Shown piece by piece: positions 42,227-53,000 of a DNA stretch of 64,000 nt. The translations under genes and the position numbers were made by a program. This stretch comes from Nitrosopumilus sp. Lineage in GTDB: Archaea > Thermoproteota > Nitrososphaeria > Nitrososphaerales > Nitrosopumilaceae. The stretch is taken from NCBI GenBank assembly GCA_965224195.1, contig OZ245040.1:992001-1056000 (forward strand), given 5' to 3'. Under the pieces are notes generated by a model that was not told the origin of the DNA, made no database searches, and was given only the letters and a program-made list of their open reading frames with translations. Position 1 is the stretch's first letter. Each line of letters begins with the position of its first letter.

Positions 42227-43099
42227 TTATTCATTAATTTTTTTTAGATATTCTATAATTCCAGTATAATCAATGTCGCCAAATCCTTCCTTGATGGCAT
42301 TTTCATAAACCTCTTCTGCCTTATTGATCATAGGGAGTTCTACTCCAAGTGATTTTGCAGCATTTGTCATGGTGGTGATGTCTTTTTTAAGATTTGAAAG
42401 TGTGAATGTTGTATCATATTTGCCCTCTATCATTTTGTATGCCTTTTTTTCACTCATTCCTGTTTTGAAATAAGTAGAGTTTAAAATTTCTAGAAATATT
42501 TTAGGGTCGACTCCTGATTTTTTTACAAGTGTTATTCCTTCAGATAATGCCAATGCTAACATTGTGATTTGAAGATTCATGGCTAATTTTATCGAATTAG
42601 CAACTCCACTTTCTCCCAAAAAAAACACCTTGTTTGCTATGGTGTCAAACACTTCTTTACAATTTTCAAAATTCTCTTTATTTCCTGATGCCATTAAAAC
42701 TAAATCCCCTGTTATTGCCACATTTGGTCCTCCCATTACTGGAATGTCTAGTTTTGTTATTCCCGAATCGATAAATTGTTTTGAAATATTTTTTGATTCT
42801 GATGGATCAACTGTACTCATATCTGCAACAATTAGGTTTTCATGTTTTCCGTTCACAATTCCATTATTGTCAAATGAAATCTGTTTTACTGCATCTGCAT
42901 CTTTTACTATTATGATTACCAATTCTGAATTTTTTGCCACTTCTTTTGGGGATTCTACAATTGTTGCACCTTTTTCTTTTAATTCCTCTGATTTTTCTTT
43001 TGTTCTATTGTATGCTGTTACTTCATAACCTGAATCAACTAAATGCAATGCCACTGCATTACCTAACATCCCCAATCCTATGATGCCTATTTTTTTCAT
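42227..43099 (-). CDS. NAD(P)-dependent beta-hydroxyacid dehydrogenase (3-HIBADH family)
   Basis: IGLGMLG, DMST, DIPVMGG, KLAMN. Confidence 0.9.
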   Translation of the reverse strand: MKKIGIIGLGMLGNAVALHLVDSGYEVTAYNRTKEKSEELKEKGATIVESPKEVAKNSELVIIIVKDADAVKQISFDNNGIVNGKHENLIVADMSTVDPSESKNISKQFIDSGITKLDIPVMGGPNVAITGDLVLMASGNKENFENCKEVFDTIANKVFFLGESGVANSIKLAMNLQITMLALALSEGITLVKKSGVDPKIFLEILNSTYFKTGMSEKKAYKMIEGKYDTTFTLSNLKKDITTMTNAAKSLGVELPMINKAEEVYENAIKEGFGDIDYTGIIEYLKKINE

Positions 43100-43123
43100 T
43101 TGTATTCTCCTGATATGATTCCA

Positions 43124-43510
43124 CTAATGTCTCTCTTCATTTTGAATCTCCCAGTGTTTATTTCCAAATCTTGATGCCACAAATTCTAATTGACCTATTG
43201 TTTTGTCTCCTTTTTTGACTTTAGCAAAATCAAATTTCTTCATTTTAATTATTTTCTCTCTTGGTTTGTATCCTCCTTCGATAACTTTCACTTTGAATCT
43301 TTTACTTGCTTTAATGATCATCTTTCTTGCATTCTGAACATTTCCCATCCATGAGAACATTTCAAAGTCTCCAAAATTTTCTGTAGTCACATTATAGCCG
43401 TATAATCTTGCTTCTAGTTTGATGGATTGTGATTTGGCCTGATCATTTAACCACGTGACGACTTCTTCACCGTGTCCTTTTTCTACACCAAATGTTTCTG
43501 AATCTGCCAT
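43124..43510 (-). CDS. Hypothetical protein
   Basis: 128-aa ORF co-oriented with the dehydrogenase genes. Confidence 0.75.
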   Translation of the reverse strand: MADSETFGVEKGHGEEVVTWLNDQAKSQSIKLEARLYGYNVTTENFGDFEMFSWMGNVQNARKMIIKASKRFKVKVIEGGYKPREKIIKMKKFDFAKVKKGDKTIGQLEFVASRFGNKHWEIQNEERH

Positions 43511-43593
43511 ATTATTACACTCATAATATTAAACCATAATAATCATTTCCAAACCCTTGTTAAACTAAAATATCGATTCAATTATGATATTTT

Positions 43594-43965
43594 ATGCTCA
43601 CAATTGACTGCAAAGATGTAGATTCTGTTAAGAATGATTTGCTTGTGTATGTGGCAGATCAAGTGATTGCAATTCCTACTTTAAAAAAACATCAGTTCAC
43701 GTTGTCCTCTTTTGATGATAATGAAATTATTGATACAACTGCAGTAATTTCTGCAATAAAGGAATTTTTAGATTCTATAGATGAGGGAAAGAATTTTGCT
43801 GTAATTTCAAATCATGATGTGATAAATATTACATCTATCTCTGGAAAAGTAATTGAAAATACTGCGCCTCAGTCTAAACATGAAATGTTTTCATGTACAC
43901 ATTGTGGTTATGTGACACAATATCAAGTTGAATTAAATGTTCATATGAAAATCCATTACATCTAA
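43594..43965 (+). CDS. C2H2 zinc-finger protein
   Basis: FSCTHCGY...LNVHMKIH. Confidence 0.8.
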   Translation: MLTIDCKDVDSVKNDLLVYVADQVIAIPTLKKHQFTLSSFDDNEIIDTTAVISAIKEFLDSIDEGKNFAVISNHDVINITSISGKVIENTAPQSKHEMFSCTHCGYVTQYQVELNVHMKIHYI

Positions 43966-44031
43966 TTATTTCTTATTTTTTCTAGTATCCAACTTTTTTT
44001 AATAACTGGCATTTCTGTAGCCATTGAAAAA

Positions 44032-44253
44032 TTAGTGTGAAAACCTATTTTGATATTCTAAAATGTAATTATTTGCAACTTTGGGGGTGTTGAAATTTGT
44101 CCTAATTCCGTCCATGTCAATTGAATTTCCAAGAACATCATAAATTACAATTTTGTATTGATTATGTTTTACAAAACATCTTGTAGAATACCACAGAATT
44201 CCAAGTGTTATGATAAAAAATCCTGTAATGATTTTATCAATTATTTTTATCAT
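44032..44253 (-). CDS. Small membrane-anchored hypothetical protein, possibly frameshift-truncated
   Basis: N-terminal TM; a plausible continuation FSMATEMPVIKKSW lies in another frame. Confidence 0.5.
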   Translation of the reverse strand: MIKIIDKIITGFFIITLGILWYSTRCFVKHNQYKIVIYDVLGNSIDMDGIRTNFNTPKVANNYILEYQNRFSH

Positions 44254-44297
44254 ATGTTGATTTTCAACAGGATCTTTATAAGCACTAATTACTCAAA

Positions 44298-44501
44298 ATG
44301 TTTGTGAAAAAACCTTTGAAGAATAATGTGTCCAAGATTTATTGTGAAAAATGTGATCTAGTTTTAGAATCTCGTGAAAAATTTGATAAACACCTTGAAA
44401 GTCATTCTTCTGGAATTGTATGTGAGGTGTGTCCAATTGATACTGCTATTGCAAAATTTGTGAATTTATTCAAAAGAAAGTCTTCACATAATTTGGAATA
44501 A
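44298..44501 (+). CDS. Small C2H2 zinc-finger protein
   Basis: CEKC...HLESH, CEVCP. Confidence 0.75.
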   Translation: MFVKKPLKNNVSKIYCEKCDLVLESREKFDKHLESHSSGIVCEVCPIDTAIAKFVNLFKRKSSHNLE

Positions 44502-44533
44502 GTTTTTTTAACCAATAATCTATGTTTTGAAAT

Positions 44534-45196
44534 ATGAATAAAATAGGCGTAATTATAGGTGTCATCGTTATTGCAATTATTGCTGGTGTTGTTGCATCAT
44601 TATCTGCATCTTCTTCTGAAACTGTTAATTTGGATATGGGTAGAACACATGGAACAATTTCTACTGCAATGGGTTCTCCAATATTGGGTGACCCTTCAGC
44701 TCCAATTACTATTGTAGAATTTGGTGATTACCAATGTCATCAATGTTACAATTGGTTTCACAATACAAAACCTGCAATAGTTGAAGATTATATTGAAACT
44801 GGAAAAGCAAATCTGGTGTTTGTTGATTTGGCATTTTTAGGACGTGATTCTCCAATAGCAGCTCAGGCATCTTATTGTGCAGAAGACCAAGAAATGTATT
44901 GGGAATATCATGACATTCTTTACAATTTCCAAGATTCTAAAATTGATGGAGGTTGGGCAAACTCTGAAAGACTAAAAGCATTTGCATCTAGCTTGGAACT
45001 TGGTATGGATTTGTTTAACAGTTGTCTTGATTCTGGAAAATATTCTAAACGTGTACAATACAATACTCAACAAGCAAGAGATCATGGTGTAAGGGGAACT
45101 CCTGGATTCTTTATTGTTGGACCTGATGGACAAGAGCAACTTAGTGGTGCACAACCATTCACTGTGTTCAAACAAGTATTGGACAAAATGGCTTAG
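44534..45196 (+). CDS. DsbA-like thioredoxin-fold protein
   Basis: EFGDYQCHQC, GVRGTPGF, GAQP. Confidence 0.92.
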   Translation: MNKIGVIIGVIVIAIIAGVVASLSASSSETVNLDMGRTHGTISTAMGSPILGDPSAPITIVEFGDYQCHQCYNWFHNTKPAIVEDYIETGKANLVFVDLAFLGRDSPIAAQASYCAEDQEMYWEYHDILYNFQDSKIDGGWANSERLKAFASSLELGMDLFNSCLDSGKYSKRVQYNTQQARDHGVRGTPGFFIVGPDGQEQLSGAQPFTVFKQVLDKMA

Positions 45197-45682
45197 ATGA
45201 CATCTGCAATCAATCTAGTATTTTTAAATTCAAAATATCTTATCTTATCTATTGTAATTTTTTCAACCATGTTGGTTGGACTGTTAATTCTATCTGAGTA
45301 TATTTTCTTAGAGCCCTATGTTGTTAGTCATATTCCCTCTGGAACTGAATTTGGATTTGTTCTTATTGTTACGATATCTGCTTTATCTGCGCTGGTATTA
45401 CCCATGAACATATTTCGTATCAATATACTAAAAAAATCAAAACAAAAAATGGGTGGAGGTGTTTTTGGTTCAATTATTGGGGCTGCAGCCGGTGCATGTA
45501 GCTGTGGTCCAATAGGGTTTGCTGTGATCTCAACGTTTGGCTCCGTAGGGGCTACGGCAACTGCATTTCTAACCAATTATGAAATTCCAATCCGAATAAT
45601 TGCAATTGGGATACTGGCAATCACTTATTTTACAACGGTAAGATCTTTGAAAATTGAATGTAAATTTGATCCAAATTCGTAA
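45197..45682 (+). CDS. Membrane protein with CxC motif (possible DsbA partner)
   Basis: Four TM helices, GACSCGP; abuts the DsbA-like gene. Confidence 0.7.
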   Translation: MTSAINLVFLNSKYLILSIVIFSTMLVGLLILSEYIFLEPYVVSHIPSGTEFGFVLIVTISALSALVLPMNIFRINILKKSKQKMGGGVFGSIIGAAAGACSCGPIGFAVISTFGSVGATATAFLTNYEIPIRIIAIGILAITYFTTVRSLKIECKFDPNS

Positions 45683-45912
45683 TGTATTAGAAATTACCAA
45701 TTAGGCAAACTTTTGTAACCTTGGAATGTATCTTGCAGTCAATTCAAGTATTCCTATGACAATAATGTATATCCCAATTAGGCCTAGTAGGAGAGATCCA
45801 GAAGCCGATGAAATAGAAGATGCTGAAGACTAGCATCAACTCCAAATTTCTACATTGATTTGATAAATTTACAAAGTCGAGATATTTATTTACCTTTTTA
45901 GGGTTTAACATA

Positions 45913-46830
45913 ATGCAGAATTGGAATTTAATTTTTGGAATTTTCATAATTTCTAGTCCAATTTTATTTGCAATGATTGCATTTCCAGACTCTATATCTT
46001 TAAGCTGGAATGAAGGGCGAGGTGGTTATTTCTTTGCATTGATCTTTGTTGTTGCTGAATCAATTGGATTAAAGATAGTAATTTCAAAGAAAAAATTACT
46101 TGCTGTGATTCCTCTAGCTTTAGCAACTATTGTTTATCTTGTTTCATTAGAATATGGTTTAAGAGATTACATTATAGAATCTGCAGAACACTTTGATGTA
46201 CAATTAATCTATTCTTGGACTTGGATGTGGGACTTTGTCGTGATGGCGATCTTCATCGTTGTCGCATTGAGTATATTCTTTGGAAAGCGTTGGATTAGAA
46301 TTGCTCCTGCTGGTCCAATATTTCTTACAGGCACTGCAATAATTCTTTCACTTGATGCCTTTTTCCCATATGATACACTTGGTCCATTACAATATGTTGT
46401 TCCATACTTTGTACAAGCAAACGTTTGGATGATCACTGCACTTGATCTTGGAACCGCAGTTGCTAAAGATAATGTAATGTTTTTGCGTGGTGATCATGGC
46501 TCAATGGCACTTCAAGTATTTTGGCCATCAGCTGGTGTTCATAGTATCATAATTTTTTCATTAGTAATTGGAGCATTCATGTTAAAACTAAACATACTGA
46601 GAACTCGCAAAATAATCTACTTTGTTTTAGGAATAATTGGAACAATCATTGTTAATCTGATTCGAATCTTTTCATTATCTTGGTATGCTCTTAAAGTCAC
46701 GACTGATCCTGTTGCTTGGGAGAAATATCACGAAATAGCAGGTGAGATAATGTTCTTGCCGTGGCTGTTTGCGTTTGTTTTGGTAGTAATTCTCATTGAA
46801 TCAAGACGTCTTAAAAAATCTGAAAAATAA
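45913..46830 (+). CDS. artG: Thaumarchaeosortase (archaeosortase G)
   Basis: Multi-TM; WPSAGVHS (Ser at the usual Cys position), NLIRI, YHE. Confidence 0.88.
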   Translation: MQNWNLIFGIFIISSPILFAMIAFPDSISLSWNEGRGGYFFALIFVVAESIGLKIVISKKKLLAVIPLALATIVYLVSLEYGLRDYIIESAEHFDVQLIYSWTWMWDFVVMAIFIVVALSIFFGKRWIRIAPAGPIFLTGTAIILSLDAFFPYDTLGPLQYVVPYFVQANVWMITALDLGTAVAKDNVMFLRGDHGSMALQVFWPSAGVHSIIIFSLVIGAFMLKLNILRTRKIIYFVLGIIGTIIVNLIRIFSLSWYALKVTTDPVAWEKYHEIAGEIMFLPWLFAFVLVVILIESRRLKKSEK

Positions 46831-46838
46831 TACTATTT

Positions 46839-47933
46839 CTAAAAATAAGAAGTAATGTCACTTTGCCCTTGAATTTCTGAAAGTTCTGAGATTTTAACCC
46901 CTAGTCTTCTAATGGTGATGCTCTGATTTTCTAGTGCTTCTTTTAATAATTGGTCTGATATTTTTTCTAATTCTTCAATACTTGCAGTGGGACTTCTCAG
47001 CATTCTTGATTTTGATTTGTTTGATAAATCTGATTGTACAAAATGTATTCCAACTGATTTGAACATTTGATTATTTTTTTTAACTACTTCGTGTACCTCT
47101 TTACAAAGTTCTTTGATATTTTCAGATAAGAATTGATAATCTTTGGAATCTTGTTTTAATGTTGTAATTTTACTATATTGTATTCGTGCTTCACGTTTTT
47201 TTACTGGCTCATTATCTATTCCTCTAACTGCATTGTAGATATATGCCCCAGTCTTTCTTCCAAATTCTTTATTTAATGTAAAAATATCTATTTTTTTTAA
47301 ATCTTGAATTGTTTCTAAACTCATTTCTAAAAATCGTTCTTCAGTTTTTTTACCAATACCTGGTATGGATCTAATTTTCAATTGATCTAAAAATGTTTCA
47401 ACTTTTTCTGGAGATACTGTGGTTAAACCATCTGGTTTTTGAAAGTCTGATGCTATTTTTGAAATTAATTTATTTGGAGAAATCCCTATTGAACAACTGA
47501 GTTTTATTTTATCTCTAATGGAATTTTTTATTTGTTGTGCCAGGTGATTTGCTTTCTCAAAACTTCTTTCAACTCTCTCTGTGACATCTAGATAGGCTTC
47601 ATCTCTACCTACATATTCAAAAATATCTGCGCTTTCTTTCATTATTTCCATTGCTTTTTCTGAAACTTCAGTATAGAAATCAAAGTCCACCGGTATGAAC
47701 ACTGCATCATTTCTTTCTTCAAGTCTTTTTTTTGCAAATGCAATTGGAATTCCTGATTTAACTCCATACTTCCTAGCTGTGTAATTTGCTGTAGCAATTG
47801 CACCACTATCTCCACCTCTATCTGAATAAACACAAACACACACTGGCTTTGATTTTAGTTCTGGAGATCTGGTTTCTTCACATTGGGCATAAAAATAATC
47901 AAAATCTATGTGGAAAACTATTCTTGTTTCCAA
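46839..47933 (-). CDS. dinB: Y-family DNA polymerase IV (Dpo4/DinB)
   Basis: HIDFDYFYAQ, TANY.AR, DEAYLD, SKIASD..KPDG, IPGIG. Confidence 0.95.
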   Translation of the reverse strand: METRIVFHIDFDYFYAQCEETRSPELKSKPVCVCVYSDRGGDSGAIATANYTARKYGVKSGIPIAFAKKRLEERNDAVFIPVDFDFYTEVSEKAMEIMKESADIFEYVGRDEAYLDVTERVERSFEKANHLAQQIKNSIRDKIKLSCSIGISPNKLISKIASDFQKPDGLTTVSPEKVETFLDQLKIRSIPGIGKKTEERFLEMSLETIQDLKKIDIFTLNKEFGRKTGAYIYNAVRGIDNEPVKKREARIQYSKITTLKQDSKDYQFLSENIKELCKEVHEVVKKNNQMFKSVGIHFVQSDLSNKSKSRMLRSPTASIEELEKISDQLLKEALENQSITIRRLGVKISELSEIQGQSDITSYF

Positions 47934-48006
47934 TAATTTGATAAAGCGTTTTGATTATTACTATATTGTGTATTCATCTAAATATTGATGAAAGAATAGT
48001 ATTATC

Positions 48007-48255
48007 ATGGAATATCCCGTCTCAGTAGATGAAAATGGTGTCAAGTTTAAACCTGAAAAAATGGAAAAGGAAAAACTCTATCATTGTATCTTCAAAAACA
48101 AGGCAATGTTGGTATTCAAGGATTCTCAAGATGTCATGAATTGCTATGAAATTGAAGAACCTGATTTAGTTGAACAAATTAGCAAATGTGATAGTGATGA
48201 CGATCTTGAAAAATTATTTGAGGACTATTTACAAGGAAAACACCTGAAAAATTAA
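48007..48255 (+). CDS. Hypothetical protein
   Basis: 82-aa ORF with normal codon usage. Confidence 0.7.
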   Translation: MEYPVSVDENGVKFKPEKMEKEKLYHCIFKNKAMLVFKDSQDVMNCYEIEEPDLVEQISKCDSDDDLEKLFEDYLQGKHLKN

Positions 48256-48296
48256 ATAAAAGCGAGAGAGAAATTCGGTATAACAGGAATTTAAAA

Positions 48297-49112
48297 TTGA
48301 GCAGTAATAAAAAATCAAAAGACGCAGAAGACATCTTATCAGAATTTGGTTCTAGGGTTAAATCAGAACCTGAACCGACATCAGAACCTGAACCGACACC
48401 AGAACCTGAACCGACACCAGAACCTGAACCGACACCAGAACCTGAACCGACACCAGAACCTGAACCGACACCAGAACCTGAACCGACACCAGAACCTGAA
48501 CCGACACCAGAACCTGAACCGACACCAGAACCTGAACCGACACCAGAACCTGAACCGACACCAGAACCTGAACCGACACCAGAACCTGAACCGACACCAG
48601 AACCTGAACCGACACCAGAACCTGAACCGACACCAGAACCTGAACCGACACCAGAACCTGAACCGACACCAGAACCTGAACCGACACCAGAACCTGAACC
48701 GACACCAGAACCTGAACCAACACCAGAACCTGAACCAACACCAGAACCTGAACCAACACCAGAACCTGAACCAACACCAGAACCTGAACCAACACCAGAA
48801 CAAAGTTCAAGCAAAACTACAGATTCTCCTAAAGTTCACGAAGAACGTGATGTAATTTTTGTTGGTACAAAACCAATTATGACTTATGTTTCTGCAACAC
48901 TAACTCAACTTTCAACTAGATCCGTTGTTACTATCAAAGCAAGAGGTAAACGAATTACACAAGCTGTTGATGTTTCACAAATGATTGTAAAGCGAATGGA
49001 TTCAGTTGGATATGTAATTAGTGATGTTAGGATTTCATCTGATTCTTTAACTTCTCAAGATGGAAAACAACGTAATGTTTCCACAATGGAAATTGATATT
49101 TCAAAAAACTAG
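48297..49112 (+). CDS. Alba-domain chromatin/RNA-binding protein with a long (PEPEPT)n N-terminal extension
   Basis: C-terminal [12 protein letters not shown]...[14 protein letters not shown]...RNVSTMEI Alba signature. Confidence 0.9.
   Translation: MSSNKKSKDAEDILSEFGSRVKSEPEPTSEPEPTPEPEPTPEPEPTPEPEPTPEPEPTPEPEPTPEPEPTPEPEPTPEPEPTPEPEPTPEPEPTPEPEPTPEPEPTPEPEPTPEPEPTPEPEPTPEPEPTPEPEPTPEPEPTPEPEPTPEPEPTPEPEPTPEPEPTPEQSSSKTTDSPKVHEERDVIFVGTKPIMTYVSATLTQLSTRSVVTIKARGKRITQAVDVSQMIVKRMDSVGYVISDVRISSDSLTSQDGKQRNVSTMEIDISKN
48363..48800 (+). repeat. 18-bp coding tandem repeat, about 24 copies (CCAGAACCTGAACCGACA)
   Basis: First two units start TCA, last five carry CCAACA; otherwise perfect. Confidence 0.98.
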
Positions 49113-49332
49113 AATAAAAAATTTAACAATAATTCTATTTGTTGTGTTATTTGTAATATTAGTAATTGGATTTATGGATGATTCTTGTAGTGTAGATAAT
49201 TTTATAATTACAAATGAAATTTCATCTTATGAAAAATCTTTAGATCCAGAACAATGTGAAAATATCCTTGATCAAATTTATTTTTATAATGATATGTGTG
49301 CATCACAAATAGAAATTTTAGATTGTGGTTAA
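49093..49332 (+). CDS. Small membrane-anchored hypothetical protein
   Basis: One TM, Cys residues, ends ILDCG; start position uncertain. Confidence 0.6.
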   Translation: MIFQKTRIKNLTIILFVVLFVILVIGFMDDSCSVDNFIITNEISSYEKSLDPEQCENILDQIYFYNDMCASQIEILDCG

Positions 49333-49949
49333 GCTAAAATATCTAGTAAAAATGTAATTCCAAAATAAACTAGTAATGAACTCAATCCAAGCATTATGAC
49401 TTTGTAGTTTCTATTTGATAATATTCGTGAGCTTTTGGATGCAAGAAATGAAATTCCCCCTAACCACACGTAATCCATCCATATGTGTAGGAAAAATACA
49501 ATTAGTATGCCCGAAAATGCCCAAATTAACATTGCATCTGAAATTAGTTTGAATCCAATAGTTAACCACCAAATAATAAAAAATGGATTCAATGCACTAA
49601 GAGCAATTCCTGTAACTAATGGGCCATGTTTTGGAATTGATGTAATGTTTTTGTTATTTTGTAATACATTTTTGATTTGAATAAATGCAAAAACAAAAAG
49701 CGTAATTGCTCCAACAATGGAAATTATTGTTCTAAATTCTGGAAATGATTCTAAAGAAAAAACTCCTATTCCTAACAAAATGACTAAAGGAAACTCTACA
49801 ATTGTATGGCCTACTGCCATTTTGATACCCGACTTTGTTCCTTCTCGTAATCCATATGATATATTTGCAGCAAATAGTGGTCCTGGTGCCATGACTCCTG
49901 ATGCTGAAATTATAATTACAATAATTGCAAATTCAAAAATCTGAGTCAT
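49329..49949 (-). CDS. LysE-family translocator
   Basis: SGVMAPGP, GH..VE, NPFFIIWW. Confidence 0.9.
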   Translation of the reverse strand: MTQIFEFAIIVIIISASGVMAPGPLFAANISYGLREGTKSGIKMAVGHTIVEFPLVILLGIGVFSLESFPEFRTIISIVGAITLFVFAFIQIKNVLQNNKNITSIPKHGPLVTGIALSALNPFFIIWWLTIGFKLISDAMLIWAFSGILIVFFLHIWMDYVWLGGISFLASKSSRILSNRNYKVIMLGLSSLLVYFGITFLLDILA

Positions 49950-49994
49950 TCCTTTTTCAATTATTCATTTCTGAAATAAATTTGATGATATTTT

Positions 49995-50708
49995 TTATCT
50001 ATACATGAAATCTTTGAGATGTTTTGACTCTTCTTGTGCTTCCTTGATTACCATTTCTGCTTTTTCTGCCTCTTTTTGCAGTGATGGAATGTCACAAGAT
50101 GCACCTGGAATTAATTTTGACATTGCCATGCATAGATTTGCACTTGATTTGAAATCTGGTCCTTCCCCTTTTGTATGGAAAATTATTACAATGACATCTT
50201 GATTTGACATACTTCCTTCGTTTAATAACATCCCTGGAATACCTGGGATAGTTCCGTGATCTAAAACTTTGAGACCTGCTTCCTTTATTTTGTTAATTGC
50301 AGAATCTGTACTTCCAATACCAATCATCTCCTCATCACCATTTGGTGACTTTATTGCAACGCTGCTGACAATTAATTTTATTTTGTGTTTTTTTGCCCAT
50401 GATAACATTGTTTTTGCAGTTATTCTATGCAGTGATTGATCTAAAGTTAGATATGATAAAAATATCCCTACTTTCAATTCTTCATTTACAAAAATTCTTG
50501 TTGGAAAATTTGGTTTTCCATTTTTAACTACACTAATTGGAGGAAATGCTTCTGAATCAATTACTCCTCCCAGTTCAAATTGTGATGTGTGAATCATTGA
50601 TTCAGTTGCAATGGCGCTGGTAAATCCTACTGAAGGAAATCCGTCTATTAGATAACCTTCTTCTAAATTTAATTTTTTAATCTCTCTAATTCTAATTTTA
50701 GGAACCAA
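49995..50708 (-). CDS. PAC2-family proteasome assembly chaperone-like protein
   Basis: LIDGFPSVG, FPP, GIPGMLL, PD; ends MYR. Confidence 0.85.
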   Translation of the reverse strand: MVPKIRIREIKKLNLEEGYLIDGFPSVGFTSAIATESMIHTSQFELGGVIDSEAFPPISVVKNGKPNFPTRIFVNEELKVGIFLSYLTLDQSLHRITAKTMLSWAKKHKIKLIVSSVAIKSPNGDEEMIGIGSTDSAINKIKEAGLKVLDHGTIPGIPGMLLNEGSMSNQDVIVIIFHTKGEGPDFKSSANLCMAMSKLIPGASCDIPSLQKEAEKAEMVIKEAQEESKHLKDFMYR

Positions 50709-50750
50709 TGAATATTTTATGTATTGATCAAATAATAGCTTTTATCTAAT

Positions 50751-51692
50751 TTATTTTTTCAATTTTAAAAGTAATGCGGCATAAATGAATGGTAAAATTG
50801 TTGTTACTTCTGCATGAAGTGTTGATTGTTTTGCTATCTGTGTAACTTTTCCCCATGAAATTGCTTCTCGTACAAGTGCACCGCTTAGACTTCCATCAAA
50901 TTCTTGTGCCGTAGTGATGTAAAATGCATAGTCTAACCCTTCCCTGTATTGATTCCACCATAATGTGTGGTGTTTTGAAATTCCACCTCCAATCATGAAT
51001 GCTCCTGATTTTTCTGCTTTGAAAATTAATCCTGATAACAAATTTGCGTCTCCTACTATGTTTAATTTAAAATCAGCATGTTTCTGCGTAAATAACCAAA
51101 TTTGACTTCCGACTGCTCCATCCATAATTCCTGGAACTACTACGTCAATGTCATTTTTGTAGGCCCAGTATAGAAAAGAGTCCTCGCCAAGATGCTTTCC
51201 AATCATTTTACAAATTTCAGCTGTACTCATCTCTTTGTTTCCTTTTTGGTATTCTTCTTCTAAGAAACTTTGAATCTTTTCTTCAATTAGTGGTCCGTAA
51301 CTATCCATTGGTACTAGGACATTTCCTAATCTGTGAATGTTTTGATTTGCCAGTTCCATATCATCCATTGTGAAGGAACCTTCTTTGTAATGTGAAAAGT
51401 GTCTAGCAATATCATGATCTAATGCACCACATGTTGTAATTGCCACATCAAACCATTTGTTTTTTATCATATCTTTTATGATTCCTCTTAATCCTGTAGA
51501 TACGACCGCACCGACAAATGAAACAAACCTTAGACATTGTTTATCTGAAATCATCTCTGTTAAAATCTCCAATCCGCCTGATAGGTTTACTGACTCAAAT
51601 CCTCCTGATTGAGACAGCTCTTCAAAAATTTTTTCTATTGACATGTTTGAATCAATTTGAATATCTTTTACTGGACGGCCCGGATTTATCAT
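50751..51692 (-). CDS. dys: Deoxyhypusine synthase
   Basis: GLR, TCGALDHD, GGGISKHH, DGSLSGA..EAISWGK. Confidence 0.96.
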   Translation of the reverse strand: MINPGRPVKDIQIDSNMSIEKIFEELSQSGGFESVNLSGGLEILTEMISDKQCLRFVSFVGAVVSTGLRGIIKDMIKNKWFDVAITTCGALDHDIARHFSHYKEGSFTMDDMELANQNIHRLGNVLVPMDSYGPLIEEKIQSFLEEEYQKGNKEMSTAEICKMIGKHLGEDSFLYWAYKNDIDVVVPGIMDGAVGSQIWLFTQKHADFKLNIVGDANLLSGLIFKAEKSGAFMIGGGISKHHTLWWNQYREGLDYAFYITTAQEFDGSLSGALVREAISWGKVTQIAKQSTLHAEVTTILPFIYAALLLKLKK

Positions 51693-51797
51693 GATTATAC
51701 TGTATGTCTGTACTGAATATAAAATTCTGCCTTTGATGTATGGTTTTTTTCAATTGACTAGGGAAACTTTAAACCTCCCCCAAATAATGAATTTTAA

Positions 51798-52892
51798 ATG
51801 ACTGATAGAATTAAAGTTGGTTTAGTTGGTATTGGTAATTGTTTTTCAGGTTTAATTCAAGGAATTGAATATTATAGAAAAAACCCTTCTCAAGAAGTAA
51901 CGGGTATTATTCATGATAAACTAGCCGGATATGGGATTCATGACATTGACTTTGTTTGTGGATTTGATGTTGGTGAAAATAAAGTTGGTAAACTATTGCA
52001 TGAGGCAATTTATGAATATCCGAACATGGTTGATTGGATTGCAAAAGACGATTTACCAAAAAATGACGCTTTAGTTTATGAAAGTCCTGTTTTAGATGGA
52101 GTAGGTGTTTGGGTTGAAAATAGAATCAAGCCTATTGTTAGCACAAAAACAACTGAACAAATCGCTGAAGAGGTAAAAAAAGTTATCAAAGAAAAGGGAG
52201 TTGAAATCATTGTATCTTATTTGCCAGTTGGTTCTGATATGGTAACTGAATTCTGGGCTCAAATTTGTTTAGATACCAAGACTGCATTTGTAAATTGTAT
52301 TCCATCTTTTATTGCATCAGATGAGAAATGGGCTAAAAAGTTTGAAGATGCAAATGTTCCTTGTATTGGAGATGACATTAAAGGACAAGTTGGTGCTACT
52401 ATTGTACATCGAACTTTGGCTAAACTTTGTAGTGATAGGGGAACAAAAATTGAAAAAACATATCAAATCAATGTTGGAGGTAATACTGATTTCTTAAACA
52501 TGAAAGAACAAGACCGATTGGCATCTAAGAGAATTTCTAAGACTGAAAGTGTTCAGAGTCAACTAAAGGAAAGATTAGATGATGATCAAATCTATGTTGG
52601 TCCTTCAGACTTTATTCCGTTCTTAGGTAATACTAAACTAATGTTTATGAGAATTGAAGGTAGACAATGGGCAAATATTCCATATAATATGGAAGTACGT
52701 TTAGAAGTTGATGATAAAGCAAATTCTGCTGGTATTGTAATTGATGCAATCCGATTAGCAAGAATTGCTCTTGATAGGGGTGTTGGTGGTCCAATCAAAC
52801 CTGCCAGTGCATACTTGATGAAGCATCCTATAGAGCAAACCTCTGATGTTTTAGCAAAAGCTGCATGTGAAAAATTTGTTACAGGTGACTAG
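51798..52892 (+). CDS. ino1: myo-Inositol-1-phosphate synthase
   Basis: GIGNC, YLPVGS, GDDIKGQ, NVGGNTDF, DKANSAG. Confidence 0.95.
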   Translation: MTDRIKVGLVGIGNCFSGLIQGIEYYRKNPSQEVTGIIHDKLAGYGIHDIDFVCGFDVGENKVGKLLHEAIYEYPNMVDWIAKDDLPKNDALVYESPVLDGVGVWVENRIKPIVSTKTTEQIAEEVKKVIKEKGVEIIVSYLPVGSDMVTEFWAQICLDTKTAFVNCIPSFIASDEKWAKKFEDANVPCIGDDIKGQVGATIVHRTLAKLCSDRGTKIEKTYQINVGGNTDFLNMKEQDRLASKRISKTESVQSQLKERLDDDQIYVGPSDFIPFLGNTKLMFMRIEGRQWANIPYNMEVRLEVDDKANSAGIVIDAIRLARIALDRGVGGPIKPASAYLMKHPIEQTSDVLAKAACEKFVTGD

Positions 52893-52920
52893 TCACTGAA
52901 AATTATTAGAATCTGAAAAT

Positions 52921-53000
52921 CTTATCTTTCTATTCTTTTCATACTTGCTCAAATCAAACTCTTATCTTTCTATTCTTTTCATACTTGCTCAAATCAAACT
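52921..53000. repeat. Perfect 40-bp tandem duplication in the 3' end of the nitrilase-family gene
   Basis: CTTATCTTTCTATTCTTTTCATACTTGCTCAAATCAAACT x2. Confidence 0.95.

Noticed and set aside
45701-45830. Minus-strand hydrophobic stretch (LLLGLIGIYIIVIGILELTARYIPRLQKFA*)
   Set aside because: No start codon or identifiable family; at most a gene remnant
45913-46830. Ser in place of the catalytic Cys in the archaeosortase as an inactivating mutation
   Set aside because: Ser at this position is a described property of the thaumarchaeosortase subfamily
48179-48855. Alternative-frame repeat ORFs (GSGVGS, NLNRHQ, RFRFWC) and a possible CRISPR call
   Set aside because: Head-to-tail 18-bp coding repeat without spacers; only the PEPEPT frame joins the Alba domain
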